A stretch of 64,000 nt of DNA from an uncultured Bacteroidia bacterium (GCA_963543925.1 CAUUCP010000002.1:9485-73484), one strand, 5' to 3'; counted from the stretch's first letter, positions 8,901 to 18,158 are shown. Numbers and translations: made by a program. Notes: generated by a model from the sequence alone, not told the origin.

Positions 8901-11679
8901 GATCTACCTTCACAACAGTGACCTTTGCCTTAGCTTGCTTTCTAGACCCATCGAGAGCATCTACGACAATCTCCGTACTCCCCTCGCCCTTTGCGATAGC
9001 GAGTCCTGTATTCTCATCGATCTTAATGATATTCTCATCTTCTGATTTCCAACGCACACTCTTATCGGTAGCGTTATCGGGCGTGATGAGTAGTTGCTTA
9101 GCAAAATCGAACTCGGTATCCAAGGGGATATTTTCGTAAGACTTTTGTTTGAAAGCAAGCTTTTCAACCAAGATGGCTACCGTTACAAAACACCGGTCGT
9201 AGGCTCGTTCGGTACTATTCTTTACCGTAGCCGTGATGATGGCCTTCCCTACACTCAACCCCTCGATCTTACCATCTTTGTAGACAGCAACTTTATCATC
9301 GGTTGTTGTCCATTCGATCTGGTCAGATTCGTCTGGGGAAACCGTAGCCTTAATTGACTCGCTCGTTCCCTTGTTTACCAACAAAGAAATCTTATCTAGG
9401 TAGAGCTTTTTCACTGTTCCCTTTTCACCATCGTTAATTACCCAGAGCTTGTCATTAGTCAGTGTATTATGCGCGTCCTCACTCTCGAAATACTTAATGG
9501 GTGTAGCATCGAGGGTGATTTTCGTTGACGTTGCGGGATTCGCTGCCCACCCCTTCAATGAGCGGTCGTAGTTCGCAATACTCATGTTACAGCCCGTAAG
9601 GGTGAAGGTACCTCCGAGGCTGGCGAGCTTCCATTTTTCCAAGCAACAGTCAAAAGCTTTTGCCTGAGCGAATAGGTTCTCCATGTTGACAACATTGGAG
9701 ACATCCCACCCTGAGAGGTCGGAATTAAATTTCTTCGTCCCCTCAAACATAGACTCCATGTTTATAACGTTCCCCACTTTCCATGCAGAGAGATCGGAGT
9801 TGAATTCCTGGGCATTTCGGAACATACGATACATGTTGGTCGCGTTGGAGACATCCCACTGCGACAAGTCACTTTGGAACTTGGTCGCCCCCGAGAACAT
9901 CGAACCAAAGTCGGTAGCATTCCCGACTTGCCATTTCGAGAGGTCGCATTTGAACTTACTCGCCCCCGAGAATGTAGCCTTGAACGTTCTCACATTATTG
10001 ACATACCAGCCCGAGAGATCGCCTTCGAAGCTCGTACATCCCGCAAACATATCTTCCATATCCGTGAGGAGGGGTGTTCTCCAGTCACGAAGAGATTGAT
10101 TGAAAGAGGTACACCCAGTGAACATCCCCTTGGCATTCTGAAGACTCTTTAGTGACCAACCGTTGATATTGCCATTGAAGTTGATAGCCCCATTAAACAT
10201 ATAGCGCGTGGAGACAGCGTTTTCCATATCCCAGTTCTCAAGGCTTAACCTCATTTCCTTGCAGGACAGGAACATAGCATCGAATTTCACTCCATTAGAG
10301 ACATGCCAACTGTTAAGCCCATTTCCTACGAACGTCGGACACCTAGCAAACATGTAAGAGAAGTTCGTCACGTTATAAACCTTCTCCGCCCACTTAGAGA
10401 AATCTTGCGTCTTGAGCAATGTACACTCATTGAACATCCAACTCATGTCGGTGACCTTGCTCACATTCCACTTGGAGAGATCCTGTGCAAAGACCCCACA
10501 CTTCGAGAACATCTCCGACATATTGGTAACATTGGTGACGTTCCAGTTCCCTAGATTGCTATCAAACTTCTTGCAATTGGAAAAGAGGCGACTCATGTCC
10601 GTGACACGAGTGACGTTCCACTGCGAGAGATCGGCATTGAACGCCAAACAATCGGCAAACATCCCCGAGAGATTCTCGGCATGATTATCCCCAACCAGCC
10701 ACTGCGACAAATCTCCAGCAAAGATGCTACAACCAGAGAACATGTTCTTGAAGTTCCTGACGTTCTTGACATTCCAGTTCTTAATATCTATATTGAAATA
10801 TTTACAACCGCGGAACATCCCAGACATATCCGTAGCCTTACGCACATCCCATCCCGAAATATCCTCGTTAAAGTTGGAGCAACCATAAAAAAGATTTGAA
10901 AAGGATTCTCCATTGGAGACATCCCAATCCTTCAATCCCATCCCGTGGAAATTACCGCACTCGTAGAAGACATTGTCGAAATTGCGGACTTTCTTGAGCT
11001 TGTCCTTCCACCCCGAAAGATTTTTGTCAAACTTTCCACACTTGAAAAACATTGTGGTGATGCTGGACGCATTGGACATATCCCAGTTACCCAGATCTTC
11101 ATTGAAAAATGAGCAACCATAGAACATGGCACTAAAATATTGCACATTGGAGACATTCCAGCTAGAGGCTCCAATGGTCACAAAGTTCTGATTGCTACAC
11201 CCATAAAACATATTGGAGAGGGAGGTACACCGTTCAAGGTTTGGACTCCCCGCTGATGCGGAAATGGTGAGCTGACTACAATCCTTGAATGCATTGTTAA
11301 ACGACTTCCATTTGATATTCCCCCACTGCTCAACCGACAAGAGGTCGAGGTAGGAGTTCACTTGGATAGATTCGAGATCCCCCAACATCTCAACGATGTA
11401 CTCCACCCCAGCATCCGAATGAAAGCTCCAAGGGAAAACATCTTGATACTCGGTGAACTCCTTTGTCGGGGTCGAAGGACAAGACTCCGAAGCCTTGTAG
11501 ACCCAGATCTTGATCCCCTTCCCCTTGAGAAGCATCTCGGTGTCTTTACCACTATTGGAGCCCTTCCACTTCGTGACAAAAGCTCCTGTCTGATAGGCAG
11601 CCCACGCCTGTCCCACACCTAAGACAAGCAAGAGCAATGGCAACAATATGCCACAACATGCAATCTGCTTTATTTTCAT
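5944..11679 (-). CDS. giant T9SS-secreted surface protein: signal peptide, DUF285/BspA-type leucine-rich repeats, Big_2 Ig-like repeats, T9SS C-terminal sorting domain
   Basis: 1911 aa. The N-terminal signal is MKIKQIACCGILLPLLLLVLGVGQAWA. More than 20 repeats of about 25 aa have the form F..C..F..DLS.W.VSNVT.M..MF (approx aa 120-700). About a dozen Big_2-like units follow (e.g. VSPD..DQ.IEWTTTDDKVA...G.I.GLSVGKAIITATV). The C-terminus VAPNPFSTQLRV...GLYLLQLQMPSG..RTVRVVKR is typical of a T9SS CTD. Confidence 0.85.
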   Translation of the reverse strand: MKIKQIACCGILLPLLLLVLGVGQAWAAYQTGAFVTKWKGSNSGKDTEMLLKGKGIKIWVYKASESCPSTPTKEFTEYQDVFPWSFHSDAGVEYIVEMLGDLESIQVNSYLDLLSVEQWGNIKWKSFNNAFKDCSQLTISASAGSPNLERCTSLSNMFYGCSNQNFVTIGASSWNVSNVQYFSAMFYGCSFFNEDLGNWDMSNASSITTMFFKCGKFDKNLSGWKDKLKKVRNFDNVFYECGNFHGMGLKDWDVSNGESFSNLFYGCSNFNEDISGWDVRKATDMSGMFRGCKYFNIDIKNWNVKNVRNFKNMFSGCSIFAGDLSQWLVGDNHAENLSGMFADCLAFNADLSQWNVTRVTDMSRLFSNCKKFDSNLGNWNVTNVTNMSEMFSKCGVFAQDLSKWNVSKVTDMSWMFNECTLLKTQDFSKWAEKVYNVTNFSYMFARCPTFVGNGLNSWHVSNGVKFDAMFLSCKEMRLSLENWDMENAVSTRYMFNGAINFNGNINGWSLKSLQNAKGMFTGCTSFNQSLRDWRTPLLTDMEDMFAGCTSFEGDLSGWYVNNVRTFKATFSGASKFKCDLSKWQVGNATDFGSMFSGATKFQSDLSQWDVSNATNMYRMFRNAQEFNSDLSAWKVGNVINMESMFEGTKKFNSDLSGWDVSNVVNMENLFAQAKAFDCCLEKWKLASLGGTFTLTGCNMSIANYDRSLKGWAANPATSTKITLDATPIKYFESEDAHNTLTNDKLWVINDGEKGTVKKLYLDKISLLVNKGTSESIKATVSPDESDQIEWTTTDDKVAVYKDGKIEGLSVGKAIITATVKNSTERAYDRCFVTVAILVEKLAFKQKSYENIPLDTEFDFAKQLLITPDNATDKSVRWKSEDENIIKIDENTGLAIAKGEGSTEIVVDALDGSRKQAKAKVTVVKVDPQEIEATPSEISLKPGTTYKLGVVFKPEYTTNKSVKWSTKSTRIKVLNEDTGEIEVVDDNDPNYGGFIEEVIVQHAEKPAVTSRCLVHIIYKKTIVPTHISMEPFTINVNEERHIQPIVTPQDAQNKDLEWWSSKPEILSVDKEGNVKGVKEGEATLRATSVVDRNVFRLVKVTVKAVPVTSVIITRPSEDHVFEIPDNTPATIPYKLEPSNATDKRVQFESENTSIIEVDENNRLVGKTISQTPVRVKVIAQGGANVWKDCLVRVVAKIETKELEIDASRELLPGQTGKLILGYKPEGATDRLVVWETSDSKIVQVSDDGSYKAIEAGDAEITVKLVSNETVRKVCKIKVLPRVTTTGVTLIKNLKLGKGATYTFAPQVEPEHATDKEIAWSVISGADKIEFDVLKRTVKGKEVGEAKIRVYLKNKPSLMSECTIVVEELNELTGDIAFEEPMYEVEQGATIDLKLKYNPPTANNLTLSFLSGDAKLVSIQPHPDKYGYALVRGLALTTEPIEVMGTLENTDPKKTFTTKIKVTPVKRILPAPETFGVKQSTISVLVNSTGVITITGVDHELFDIRKLTWKTSDETKCPVDNSGVVTPKERGSYTIKVSSPSHEETVIVNALESETELVDITAFQAPTAITVFKGATTLIELTGVEPAAASPETLAWSSADEAVATVNKKGFVTGVAVGSVDITITAKNGTSGTVKVKVVEESATDPSKPALTSFDKPDKPVVVVEGNQTLVNLKLTPANGDTSKLEWTSEDESVATVKNGVVTGVKTGETKITVKDANGNSVEIPVTVQSANGNNGGENGNKKPLEDFTLETSSIFVVVGYKTNIDLKLTPEDADMSHIEWSSADEGICTVNNGMVTGVSLGETSITIKDTRINKELTVTVTVVDDRVNSVEEALLAQVEVAPNPFSTQLRVLHDGVTEGRYTLLSTTGIVVRAGELSGAVTVLSTADLPAGLYLLQLQMPSGVARTVRVVKR

Positions 11680-11795
11680 CTATAAACTAGTTAGTTTCAG
11701 AACCGTGATATAAATCTACACACTTCGCTACAACAAAGTAACGCACAAGAGGAAGATATCGTTCATACAAAGCCGACAAAATTCCATACAAACGC

Positions 11796-11803
11796 TATTT
11801 TTG
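11796..11803 (+). promoter_or_regulatory. -7 box TATTTTTG for ribE
   Basis: TAnnTTTG match, 21 nt before the ATG at 11825 and 30 nt before the ATG at 11834. Confidence 0.55.
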
Positions 11804-11824
11804 TATTCGATTCACACATAACGA

Positions 11825-12421
11825 ATGACCAAGATGTTTTCTGGAATTATCGAAGAAGTAGGGATCGTACGCAATATCACCCGCAATGCTGGGAACGTAG
11901 ACCTCTCTCTCTCCTGCTCTTTCCTATCGGAACTGACCATAGACCAAAGCATTGCTCACAATGGGGTATGCCTGACGGTGGTCGACCTCCAACCGACGCA
12001 CTACACTGTCACTGCGATAGAGGAGACCCTCCGGAAGTCGAACCTCGGTCTCTTGGAGGTCGGGAGTAAGGTCAACCTCGAACGGAGTATGAAGATGGAC
12101 GGTCGCCTCGACGGGCACATCGTACAGGGGCACGTAGACCAGACGGCGCGCTGTATGGCGGTGACCCCTGAAAACGGAAGCTGGCTCTACACCTTCGAAT
12201 ACGAGCCTCGCGAGGGGATGATTACGGTAGAAAAAGGTTCTATCACGGTGAATGGCGTGAGCTTGACGGTGGTCAACTCGCGTCGCGGGGGCTTTCAAGT
12301 AGCTATCATTCCCTACACCCACGAACACACCAATTTCCATACTTTCGAGGTGGGGACGATTGTCAACCTCGAATTCGATATTCTTGGCAAATACGTTGCG
12401 GCGTTGATGGGAAAAGCCTAG
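11825..12421 (+). CDS. ribE: riboflavin synthase alpha subunit
   Basis: The N-terminus (MTK)MFSGIIEEVG is canonical (MFTGII...). Two lumazine-binding repeats are present. The start may instead be the ATG at 11834. Confidence 0.85.
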   Translation: MTKMFSGIIEEVGIVRNITRNAGNVDLSLSCSFLSELTIDQSIAHNGVCLTVVDLQPTHYTVTAIEETLRKSNLGLLEVGSKVNLERSMKMDGRLDGHIVQGHVDQTARCMAVTPENGSWLYTFEYEPREGMITVEKGSITVNGVSLTVVNSRRGGFQVAIIPYTHEHTNFHTFEVGTIVNLEFDILGKYVAALMGKA

Positions 12422-12569
12422 CGCGCTGCTACCAGACATTCTCTGGTATCTCGGATAGAAAAGGGGGGCAAGTTGCATTCTTTGACGAATGGAGCTTGCC
12501 CCCTTGAGATTGTCCCCCCCCTACCCGCGAGTAGCGGCTACCCATCTTTGAGCTTTTATCTAGCAACGA

Positions 12570-12608
12570 AAAAGCCGCCCCCCTTGGAGAAGGGGGACGG
12601 CGGGAAAA
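12570..12608 (-). terminator. terminator downstream of SusD-like 1
   Basis: On the minus strand: CCGCCGTCCCCC-TTCTCCAA-GGGGGGCGG-CTTTTT. It is homologous to the terminator at 22611-22647. Confidence 0.7.
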
Positions 12609-12632
12609 ACGTGCTACACTACAATAAGCAGA

Positions 12633-14276
12633 CTAGAAGGTATCGTCCTGAGTCTTCCCCAATGTATTGTCTACGATTGCAGGATTCTGCAATACCTCAC
12701 GTCTTGGGAAGACGAAAAGCATTTCAGGCGCATCTGGTTCGAGGTCGAAACGTGTACCCTGAGGATAGTATTGCATGGTTCCCACTTCAAATTTCTTCGA
12801 ATCACTACGAACCATCTTTTTCTTGAAACGCATCATATCATAGTAGCTAAGCATCTCACCCCAGAACTCTAGACGGCGCTGACGGTAGATCTCATCAAAG
12901 AAATTCACATCGGAGGGGAATTCATACTCTTCATCGCGATTTGTCTTGATGAAGTTCTCTAGATAAGCTTTCCCCTCTGTCTCACCGATCGCTTCAGCAT
13001 AGATGTAGTGCATCTCTTCGATACGCATCATAATGTAGTCTGCCGAATTTTCCTCGAGATCGATATTATTATCCGCAGGTCCGAACTTCACGCTCGCATA
13101 CGTGAGCGTATCAATTCGCTTCATCTCTAAGAAAGCTTCAGCCGACGTCATTGCATCCCCATCACTTTGTCCCTTATACGCCTTGTAATAGTTTACAAGA
13201 CCATCTAGACGTTTTTGAGGTACCGTAGAGATCCACAAAGCACGACGAACGTCATTCTCTCCCATACTCTCATAGAGCGCGGGGTTGATACAACGAGGAA
13301 CGAAATCTGCATAGCATTGTGCGCTACTAAGAAATCCCACAGAAGAGCCCCACCCAGCAATAGCAATAATATCTTCATCGCGACTCGTAACAGGAATCCC
13401 CCACAATACATTGTGATCAGCAATGTCGGACAGACCAGGTCTAGATGCTTCCTCTAGGTTATAGGGAGTAAGACCACTCTTTTCTATGACATACTTTGCA
13501 GCTTCAGCTGCCTTAGCATACTCCTGCATCACGAGGTAAGTACGTGCCAAAAGCCCATAGACCACAAACTCATCAATGAGTGCATTACTCTTTGCATGTC
13601 CCTTACCAGTCAAGGTTTCTTTTGCTTGTTCAAGGTTGGTGACAATGTATTTGTAAATAGTCTCCACCGTTACACGCGGATTGTTGATGAAGTCTTTTTG
13701 CGTCATTGTCTCCGTTACGAGCGGTACGGCCAACTTATCCTTATTGTCTACATAGGTATACTGGTATCCTTGCACCAAATTCAGATAAGACCATGCACGG
13801 AATGCCTTGGCTTGTGCACGTGCATTCTGTACAGCCTCACTCTTAGAGTCTTCTTTCGACGCCAAGATAATCTTATTCGCAGCTCCTATGAAATTGTAGA
13901 AGCAGGTATAGAACTGGTTTGTGATGAAGTAGTTTGGACGAAATCCTGAGTAATCCAGTGCAGGACTATACCAGTCATAATCGCCACAGTTCGACCACAT
14001 GTTATCCGTACGCTCATCTAGCATTAACGAGATACTAGGTAATCCGAAATCGCTGTGCCTCTGACGACTACCAAACTTTGCATATATCTTAAGTTCTGCA
14101 TACATACCGTCCACCGAAGAGGACGCACGGTCGTCAAAAGCATCGCCCGCTTCCTGTACTTGCTTAGTACTCAAGAGATCATCTTCTGGCTGTAGTTCCA
14201 ATTCTTTCGCGCAACTTACAAACAAAGTCGCCCCAAGAAAAAGCCCCACAACGTATGAAAAACGAATATAACGCAT
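12633..14276 (-). CDS. SusD/RagB-family outer-membrane lipoprotein (locus 1)
   Basis: 547 aa. Lipobox LFVSC. SusD-like motifs FRAWSYLNLVQ and YRQRRLEFWGEM..YYDMMR. It lies immediately downstream of a SusC gene. Confidence 0.85.
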   Translation of the reverse strand: MRYIRFSYVVGLFLGATLFVSCAKELELQPEDDLLSTKQVQEAGDAFDDRASSSVDGMYAELKIYAKFGSRQRHSDFGLPSISLMLDERTDNMWSNCGDYDWYSPALDYSGFRPNYFITNQFYTCFYNFIGAANKIILASKEDSKSEAVQNARAQAKAFRAWSYLNLVQGYQYTYVDNKDKLAVPLVTETMTQKDFINNPRVTVETIYKYIVTNLEQAKETLTGKGHAKSNALIDEFVVYGLLARTYLVMQEYAKAAEAAKYVIEKSGLTPYNLEEASRPGLSDIADHNVLWGIPVTSRDEDIIAIAGWGSSVGFLSSAQCYADFVPRCINPALYESMGENDVRRALWISTVPQKRLDGLVNYYKAYKGQSDGDAMTSAEAFLEMKRIDTLTYASVKFGPADNNIDLEENSADYIMMRIEEMHYIYAEAIGETEGKAYLENFIKTNRDEEYEFPSDVNFFDEIYRQRRLEFWGEMLSYYDMMRFKKKMVRSDSKKFEVGTMQYYPQGTRFDLEPDAPEMLFVFPRREVLQNPAIVDNTLGKTQDDTF

Positions 14277-14311
14277 TGTATCAATCCTTTCCTTATTTAA
14301 TTGACTTGGGA

Positions 14312-17300
14312 CTAGAATGTAAGGTTCAAACCTCCAGAGATCGAACGAATCGCCTTATAACCCACCCCAGAGGTTGTAGTAAAGCGAGGGTCAAAACCCT
14401 TGCGGGCAGAGAAAAGCCATACATTGTCAGCTACGACATAGACACGTAGACTACCGACATTGATCTTATCCACCCATGACTTCGGAAGCGTATAACCGAG
14501 CGTCAAATTATCGATAGCGAAAAAGCTACGGCTGGTGAGGAAACGATCAGACGTCTCATTAAACTTAGCATTGCTACTAGCATCCATACGTGGGACGTTT
14601 GTATTGGTATTCTGTGGTGTCCAAGAATTCAAGAGATCCTTGTGCATAGCAGCTCCATTACGGTTACCATTTTGCATCAGATCTTGGTATGCACCATCAA
14701 AACGCTTACCACCGAGAGTATAGGTAAATCCTGCACTGAAGTCAAAATCCCAGAAATCTACACTAGTAGAGATACCACCATTGATGATGGAAGAGAGGTC
14801 TTTCATTTCGACGCGGTTCTCATTCTTCGAAGCTACACTATAGTCGGTAGTCACCCCGTACTGCCCCGTTTTTTTGTCATAGGTTTGCCATAGAGCTTCC
14901 CCCTGCTCATTTACTCCCTTGTACTTTGGAATAAAATAGTCATACAAGGAACCACCTTCCTTATAGATGATACTACCTTCTACATACCCATACTCACTTT
15001 GTTTCCACTCAGCAGGGAGTTTCTCTAGCTTATTTTTTATCATACCACCATTCAGGGTTACTGACCAACGGATATTCTTGTCTTGGTAGGGAACACCCGT
15101 GATCTCAAACTCCATCCCCGTGTTAGACATCGCCCCTACATTGTCCCAAACATAGCGGTAGCCTGATGAGCCTGGCATGGTCAACTTAAACAACATGTCG
15201 GAGACCTCACGACGATAGAGCTCTATATTTCCAGACAAGCGGTGGCGGAAAAAGGCAAACTCTACCCCAAAGTTCAGGTTATGACTCGTTTCCCAAGTAA
15301 TATCATTCCCCTTGTAGTAGAAGGTCGTTGCATAAGCACCGTTATTATTAGTCAGTTTGAAACGATCGAGGTAAGCGAAGTTCACCTCAATATTATCGTT
15401 CCCCTGTATCCCATAGCTAGCCTTTACCTTCAAGAGGTCGAGGAAGCTGCGAGTGGACTCCATAAAGCTTTCATTAGAGAGCATCCACGATGCCCCCACG
15501 CTACCGAAGTTCCCCCAACGTCTATTTTCGGAGAAGCGGCTCGAACCATCGCGACGGAACGAGAGTGTGAGGAAGTACTTCTCAGCAAAGTCATACTGAG
15601 CACGTCCTAGGAAACCTTCTACACGGTAACGACTACGCGAGGAGCTCGTCGAAGGTTGACGGATGGCTTGATCCAATTCCCGAGAATCTGGGTGAAACAT
15701 CCCCTCTTTACTACCACTGAGGTATTGCACATCGCGATCGTAGTATTCATGTCCGAGAAGAACGTCGATGTGATTCTCGCCGTAAGCTTGATTCCAAGTC
15801 AACAATTGTTGAAGATTGAGGGTTGTATAGCGATCGAAGGACTTGTCAATAATACCACCGATAGAGGCAAACTGTCCATAATAGGGGTTACGCGTCGCAG
15901 TCTGGTAAGAATCGTCTAAGTCATACCCTCCGATGATACTGAAACGGAAACCGTAGGGCATAATGAAGTCTGCATTCGAACGCATACCGATGATAGCTGC
16001 GACATTATCGTAGATATCATACGTATTCGCTGCCAATGGGTTGGCTAGAGAAAGGTAAGGACGGATAAGCCCAGGGAACTGTCCTGTACCAAAGTCATAG
16101 ACTGGCTTTCCCCACTTATTCTTCAAAATCTGCTTATTCTTATCGCGTACATAGATCGGGTAAATCGGAGCTGCAAAGTTGGTCATTGCAAAAATGTTCC
16201 CCGAGCTCCCAGAAGATTGGGTCGTTGTCGCATCTAGCGAGTTGGTCTTATACCCCGTATAGGAGAGATTTGCGCCGAGGTTCAACCATGTCTTAGGCTT
16301 AAAATCTCCACGGAGACGCGTGGTAAAACGCTCAAAGTTTGAACGAACGGTATATCCCTTATCATTGAGGTAACCAGAAGAGAAGAAATAATTAGCCTTG
16401 TCAGTACGCCCAGAAAGAGAAACCGTATACTCCTGACGCATGTTCGCTTCAAAAGCTTCTTCGTTCCAATCATCGGGTTGCATCCAATACTCGTTGCCTT
16501 CTTTATCTTTGACAGTGGTCCCTATCGTGGCGCTCTTATCCATCTCCCAGTGACCATCATTCGTTCTTGTAAACCAAGGGTTTGTGCTGCCTTCGGCACG
16601 CGAGAATGGGAAGTATACGATACCCTTTTTCGGATTTGAGAACTCGGCATCAGCTGCCTGAGTGATATCTTCATCATCCTTATCCTTGTTTCCCTTCACG
16701 CGATACTTTTGTTGATTCCATATCGCTTCATAGTACTTTGCTGCATACTGCTTGGGGTCTGTAATCTTGTCATAGTCAGGAATCCCGCGGAAGTTATACC
16801 CTACCTTTGCGGTGACATTTACATTCATGACCCCACCATGACGCGCATTTGCACCATTCTTGGTCGTGATCATCACCACGCCGTTGGCTGCACGAGCCCC
16901 GTAGAGCGCCGCCGAGGCTGCGTCCTTGAGCAATACGGTACTCTCTACGTCAGCGGGGTTGATGGCAGATACATCGCCCTCGTAAGGCATACCATCGACT
17001 ACGTAGAGTGGGTTACTGTTCGCATTAAACGAACCATTTCCTCGAATACGGATTGTGGATGAAGAACCCGGTTGGTTGTTGGAAGAGGTTACCGTAACCC
17101 CTGGCACTTTCCCACTCAAGGCATTCAAGACGTTCGAGACTTGCTTACGCTCTAATTCTTTGCCACTTACCGAGGCTGCCGAACCGGTAAAGGTGCTCTT
17201 TTTCGCCTTACCGAATGCTACGACCATGACCTCGTCGATTTCCTCGTTGGCGAGCTGCATCACTACGTTGATGGTTTCTTGTTCTCCCACCGTAATCTCT

Positions 17301-17542
17301 TGAGTGTCAAAACCTGTGTAAGAAAACACAAGTACCGATTCGGGACCTGCAACACGAATCGAATAACGTCCGTTGGCATCGGTCACAGCTCCCGTTGTTG
17401 TGCCTTTCACTTGCACTGCCAGCTGAATTAATGGAGCGCCGTCTTCGACAGACGTAACCACCCCCGTCACGGTGCGCTGCTGACCCAACGCACAGCTTAT
17501 CCCGACAGCCAAGGCTGCGAGTAGAAGTACTACTTTTCTCAT
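14312..17542 (-). CDS. SusC/RagA-family TonB-dependent receptor (locus 1, full length)
   Basis: 1076 aa. It has a signal peptide, a carboxypeptidase-regulatory-like N-domain (VTGVVTS..DGAPL....V.VKGTTTGAVTDANGRYSI), a plug (NPLYVVDGMPYEG...LKDAASAALYGARAANGVVMITTK) and a beta-barrel ending ...GGLNLTF. Confidence 0.9.
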   Translation of the reverse strand: MRKVVLLLAALAVGISCALGQQRTVTGVVTSVEDGAPLIQLAVQVKGTTTGAVTDANGRYSIRVAGPESVLVFSYTGFDTQEITVGEQETINVVMQLANEEIDEVMVVAFGKAKKSTFTGSAASVSGKELERKQVSNVLNALSGKVPGVTVTSSNNQPGSSSTIRIRGNGSFNANSNPLYVVDGMPYEGDVSAINPADVESTVLLKDAASAALYGARAANGVVMITTKNGANARHGGVMNVNVTAKVGYNFRGIPDYDKITDPKQYAAKYYEAIWNQQKYRVKGNKDKDDEDITQAADAEFSNPKKGIVYFPFSRAEGSTNPWFTRTNDGHWEMDKSATIGTTVKDKEGNEYWMQPDDWNEEAFEANMRQEYTVSLSGRTDKANYFFSSGYLNDKGYTVRSNFERFTTRLRGDFKPKTWLNLGANLSYTGYKTNSLDATTTQSSGSSGNIFAMTNFAAPIYPIYVRDKNKQILKNKWGKPVYDFGTGQFPGLIRPYLSLANPLAANTYDIYDNVAAIIGMRSNADFIMPYGFRFSIIGGYDLDDSYQTATRNPYYGQFASIGGIIDKSFDRYTTLNLQQLLTWNQAYGENHIDVLLGHEYYDRDVQYLSGSKEGMFHPDSRELDQAIRQPSTSSSRSRYRVEGFLGRAQYDFAEKYFLTLSFRRDGSSRFSENRRWGNFGSVGASWMLSNESFMESTRSFLDLLKVKASYGIQGNDNIEVNFAYLDRFKLTNNNGAYATTFYYKGNDITWETSHNLNFGVEFAFFRHRLSGNIELYRREVSDMLFKLTMPGSSGYRYVWDNVGAMSNTGMEFEITGVPYQDKNIRWSVTLNGGMIKNKLEKLPAEWKQSEYGYVEGSIIYKEGGSLYDYFIPKYKGVNEQGEALWQTYDKKTGQYGVTTDYSVASKNENRVEMKDLSSIINGGISTSVDFWDFDFSAGFTYTLGGKRFDGAYQDLMQNGNRNGAAMHKDLLNSWTPQNTNTNVPRMDASSNAKFNETSDRFLTSRSFFAIDNLTLGYTLPKSWVDKINVGSLRVYVVADNVWLFSARKGFDPRFTTTSGVGYKAIRSISGGLNLTF
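15391..15625. repeat. inverted homology block 2 between susC locus 1 and truncated susC locus 2 (partner 19625-19859)
   Basis: About 235 bp at roughly 90+ percent identity. It includes a 68-bp perfect match (cgttgggggaacttcggtagcgtgggggcatcgtggatgctctctaatgaaagctttatggagtccac; locus 2 coordinates 19731-19798). Confidence 0.8.
16847..17048. repeat. inverted homology block 1 (plug-coding region), partner 18195-18389
   Basis: About 200 bp at about 85 percent identity by eye. It encodes NGSF.A..NPLYVVDG.P.EGD...INPADVESTVLLKDAASAALYGARAANGVVMITTKNGANA in both genes. Confidence 0.75.
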
Positions 17543-17679
17543 ACAGCTATCTTTTTGAAAATGAATAACATGTGCTAGTTACCTTTCACTTTGCAAGAGT
17601 GCCAACATCGCCTTGCGACCCCTGTCGTTTCCCACACGAATTTGGTGCTTTTTATTTTCCGCGACGGAGAATCTCTACT

Positions 17680-17687
17680 CAAAGATA
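17680..17687 (-). promoter_or_regulatory. -7 box TATCTTTG, candidate promoter of susC locus 1
   Basis: TAnnTTTG match 137 nt upstream of the ATG at 17542. A T9 run on the minus strand immediately precedes it (plus A-run 17687-17695). Confidence 0.45.
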
Positions 17688-17919
17688 AAAAAAAATAGAA
17701 ACATAAGTGTAACTTTTTGCCCACTTCTTCATCGTATCGGGTTATTCTCCTAGATACTGTCCTACACCTACACAGTGTGTAAAGAAGCTACCTATCTACT
17801 TGTCTACGACTTTTTTTAATGCGCATAGTGTAGACCACTACTTTAGGAAATCCTAAGGCGCTATTTTTATACGATGAGCTAAATAATAGAGTAATTAAAT
17901 AAAGAAATGCGTATAGAAT

Positions 17920-18158
17920 ATGGGCTATTTTGGAGTAGGTAATTTTACCTAATTTAGTCGGTGTAGAGTACGTGTAGAGCACGTGTAGAGTACGTGTAGC
18001 ATTGGTGTACTCCTAGCATGCCTTGTTTTGGGATAGGGAATTGAGGAAAATGTAAAGCGACATTTCCCTGTTTTTCTCCCCAGTTGCTGCGACATTTACA
18101 CACTCTCCTAGGAGAGTATCAAAGATGCGCACATTTTTTACGGACAGTATCTGTATTT
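17920..18158 (+). repeat. intergenic repeat element, copy B (solo, at the truncation junction of susC locus 2)
   Basis: Aligns with copy A and with inverted copy C across ATGGGCTATTTTGG..GGTAATTTTACCTAATTTAG, the 11-mer array, the CTAGCATGCC...CAGTTGCTG core and CACATTTTTTACGGACAGTAT. Confidence 0.8.
17961..18004 (+). repeat. tandem 11-bp repeats GTGTAGAG(T/C)AC x4 (a fifth unit is degenerate)
   Basis: Sequence is gtgtagagtac gtgtagagcac gtgtagagtac gtgtagcattg. The equivalent array in copy C is at 42187-42230. Copy A has a degenerate version (ggagtatatag ggagtatagag) at about 2220-2241. Confidence 0.85.

Noticed and set aside
11924-12478. 184-aa minus-strand ORF
   Set aside because: It is a shadow ORF antisense to ribE.
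12461-12506. hairpin AAGGGGGGCAAG...CTTGCCCCCTT after ribE as a terminator
   Set aside because: The loop is large (about 22 nt) and no T-run follows. It was left uncalled.
17961-18004. possible CRISPR array (11-bp repeats here; 15-bp repeats at 50498-50557)
   Set aside because: The repeats are contiguous with no spacers and far shorter than CRISPR repeats. No cas genes are present in the window.
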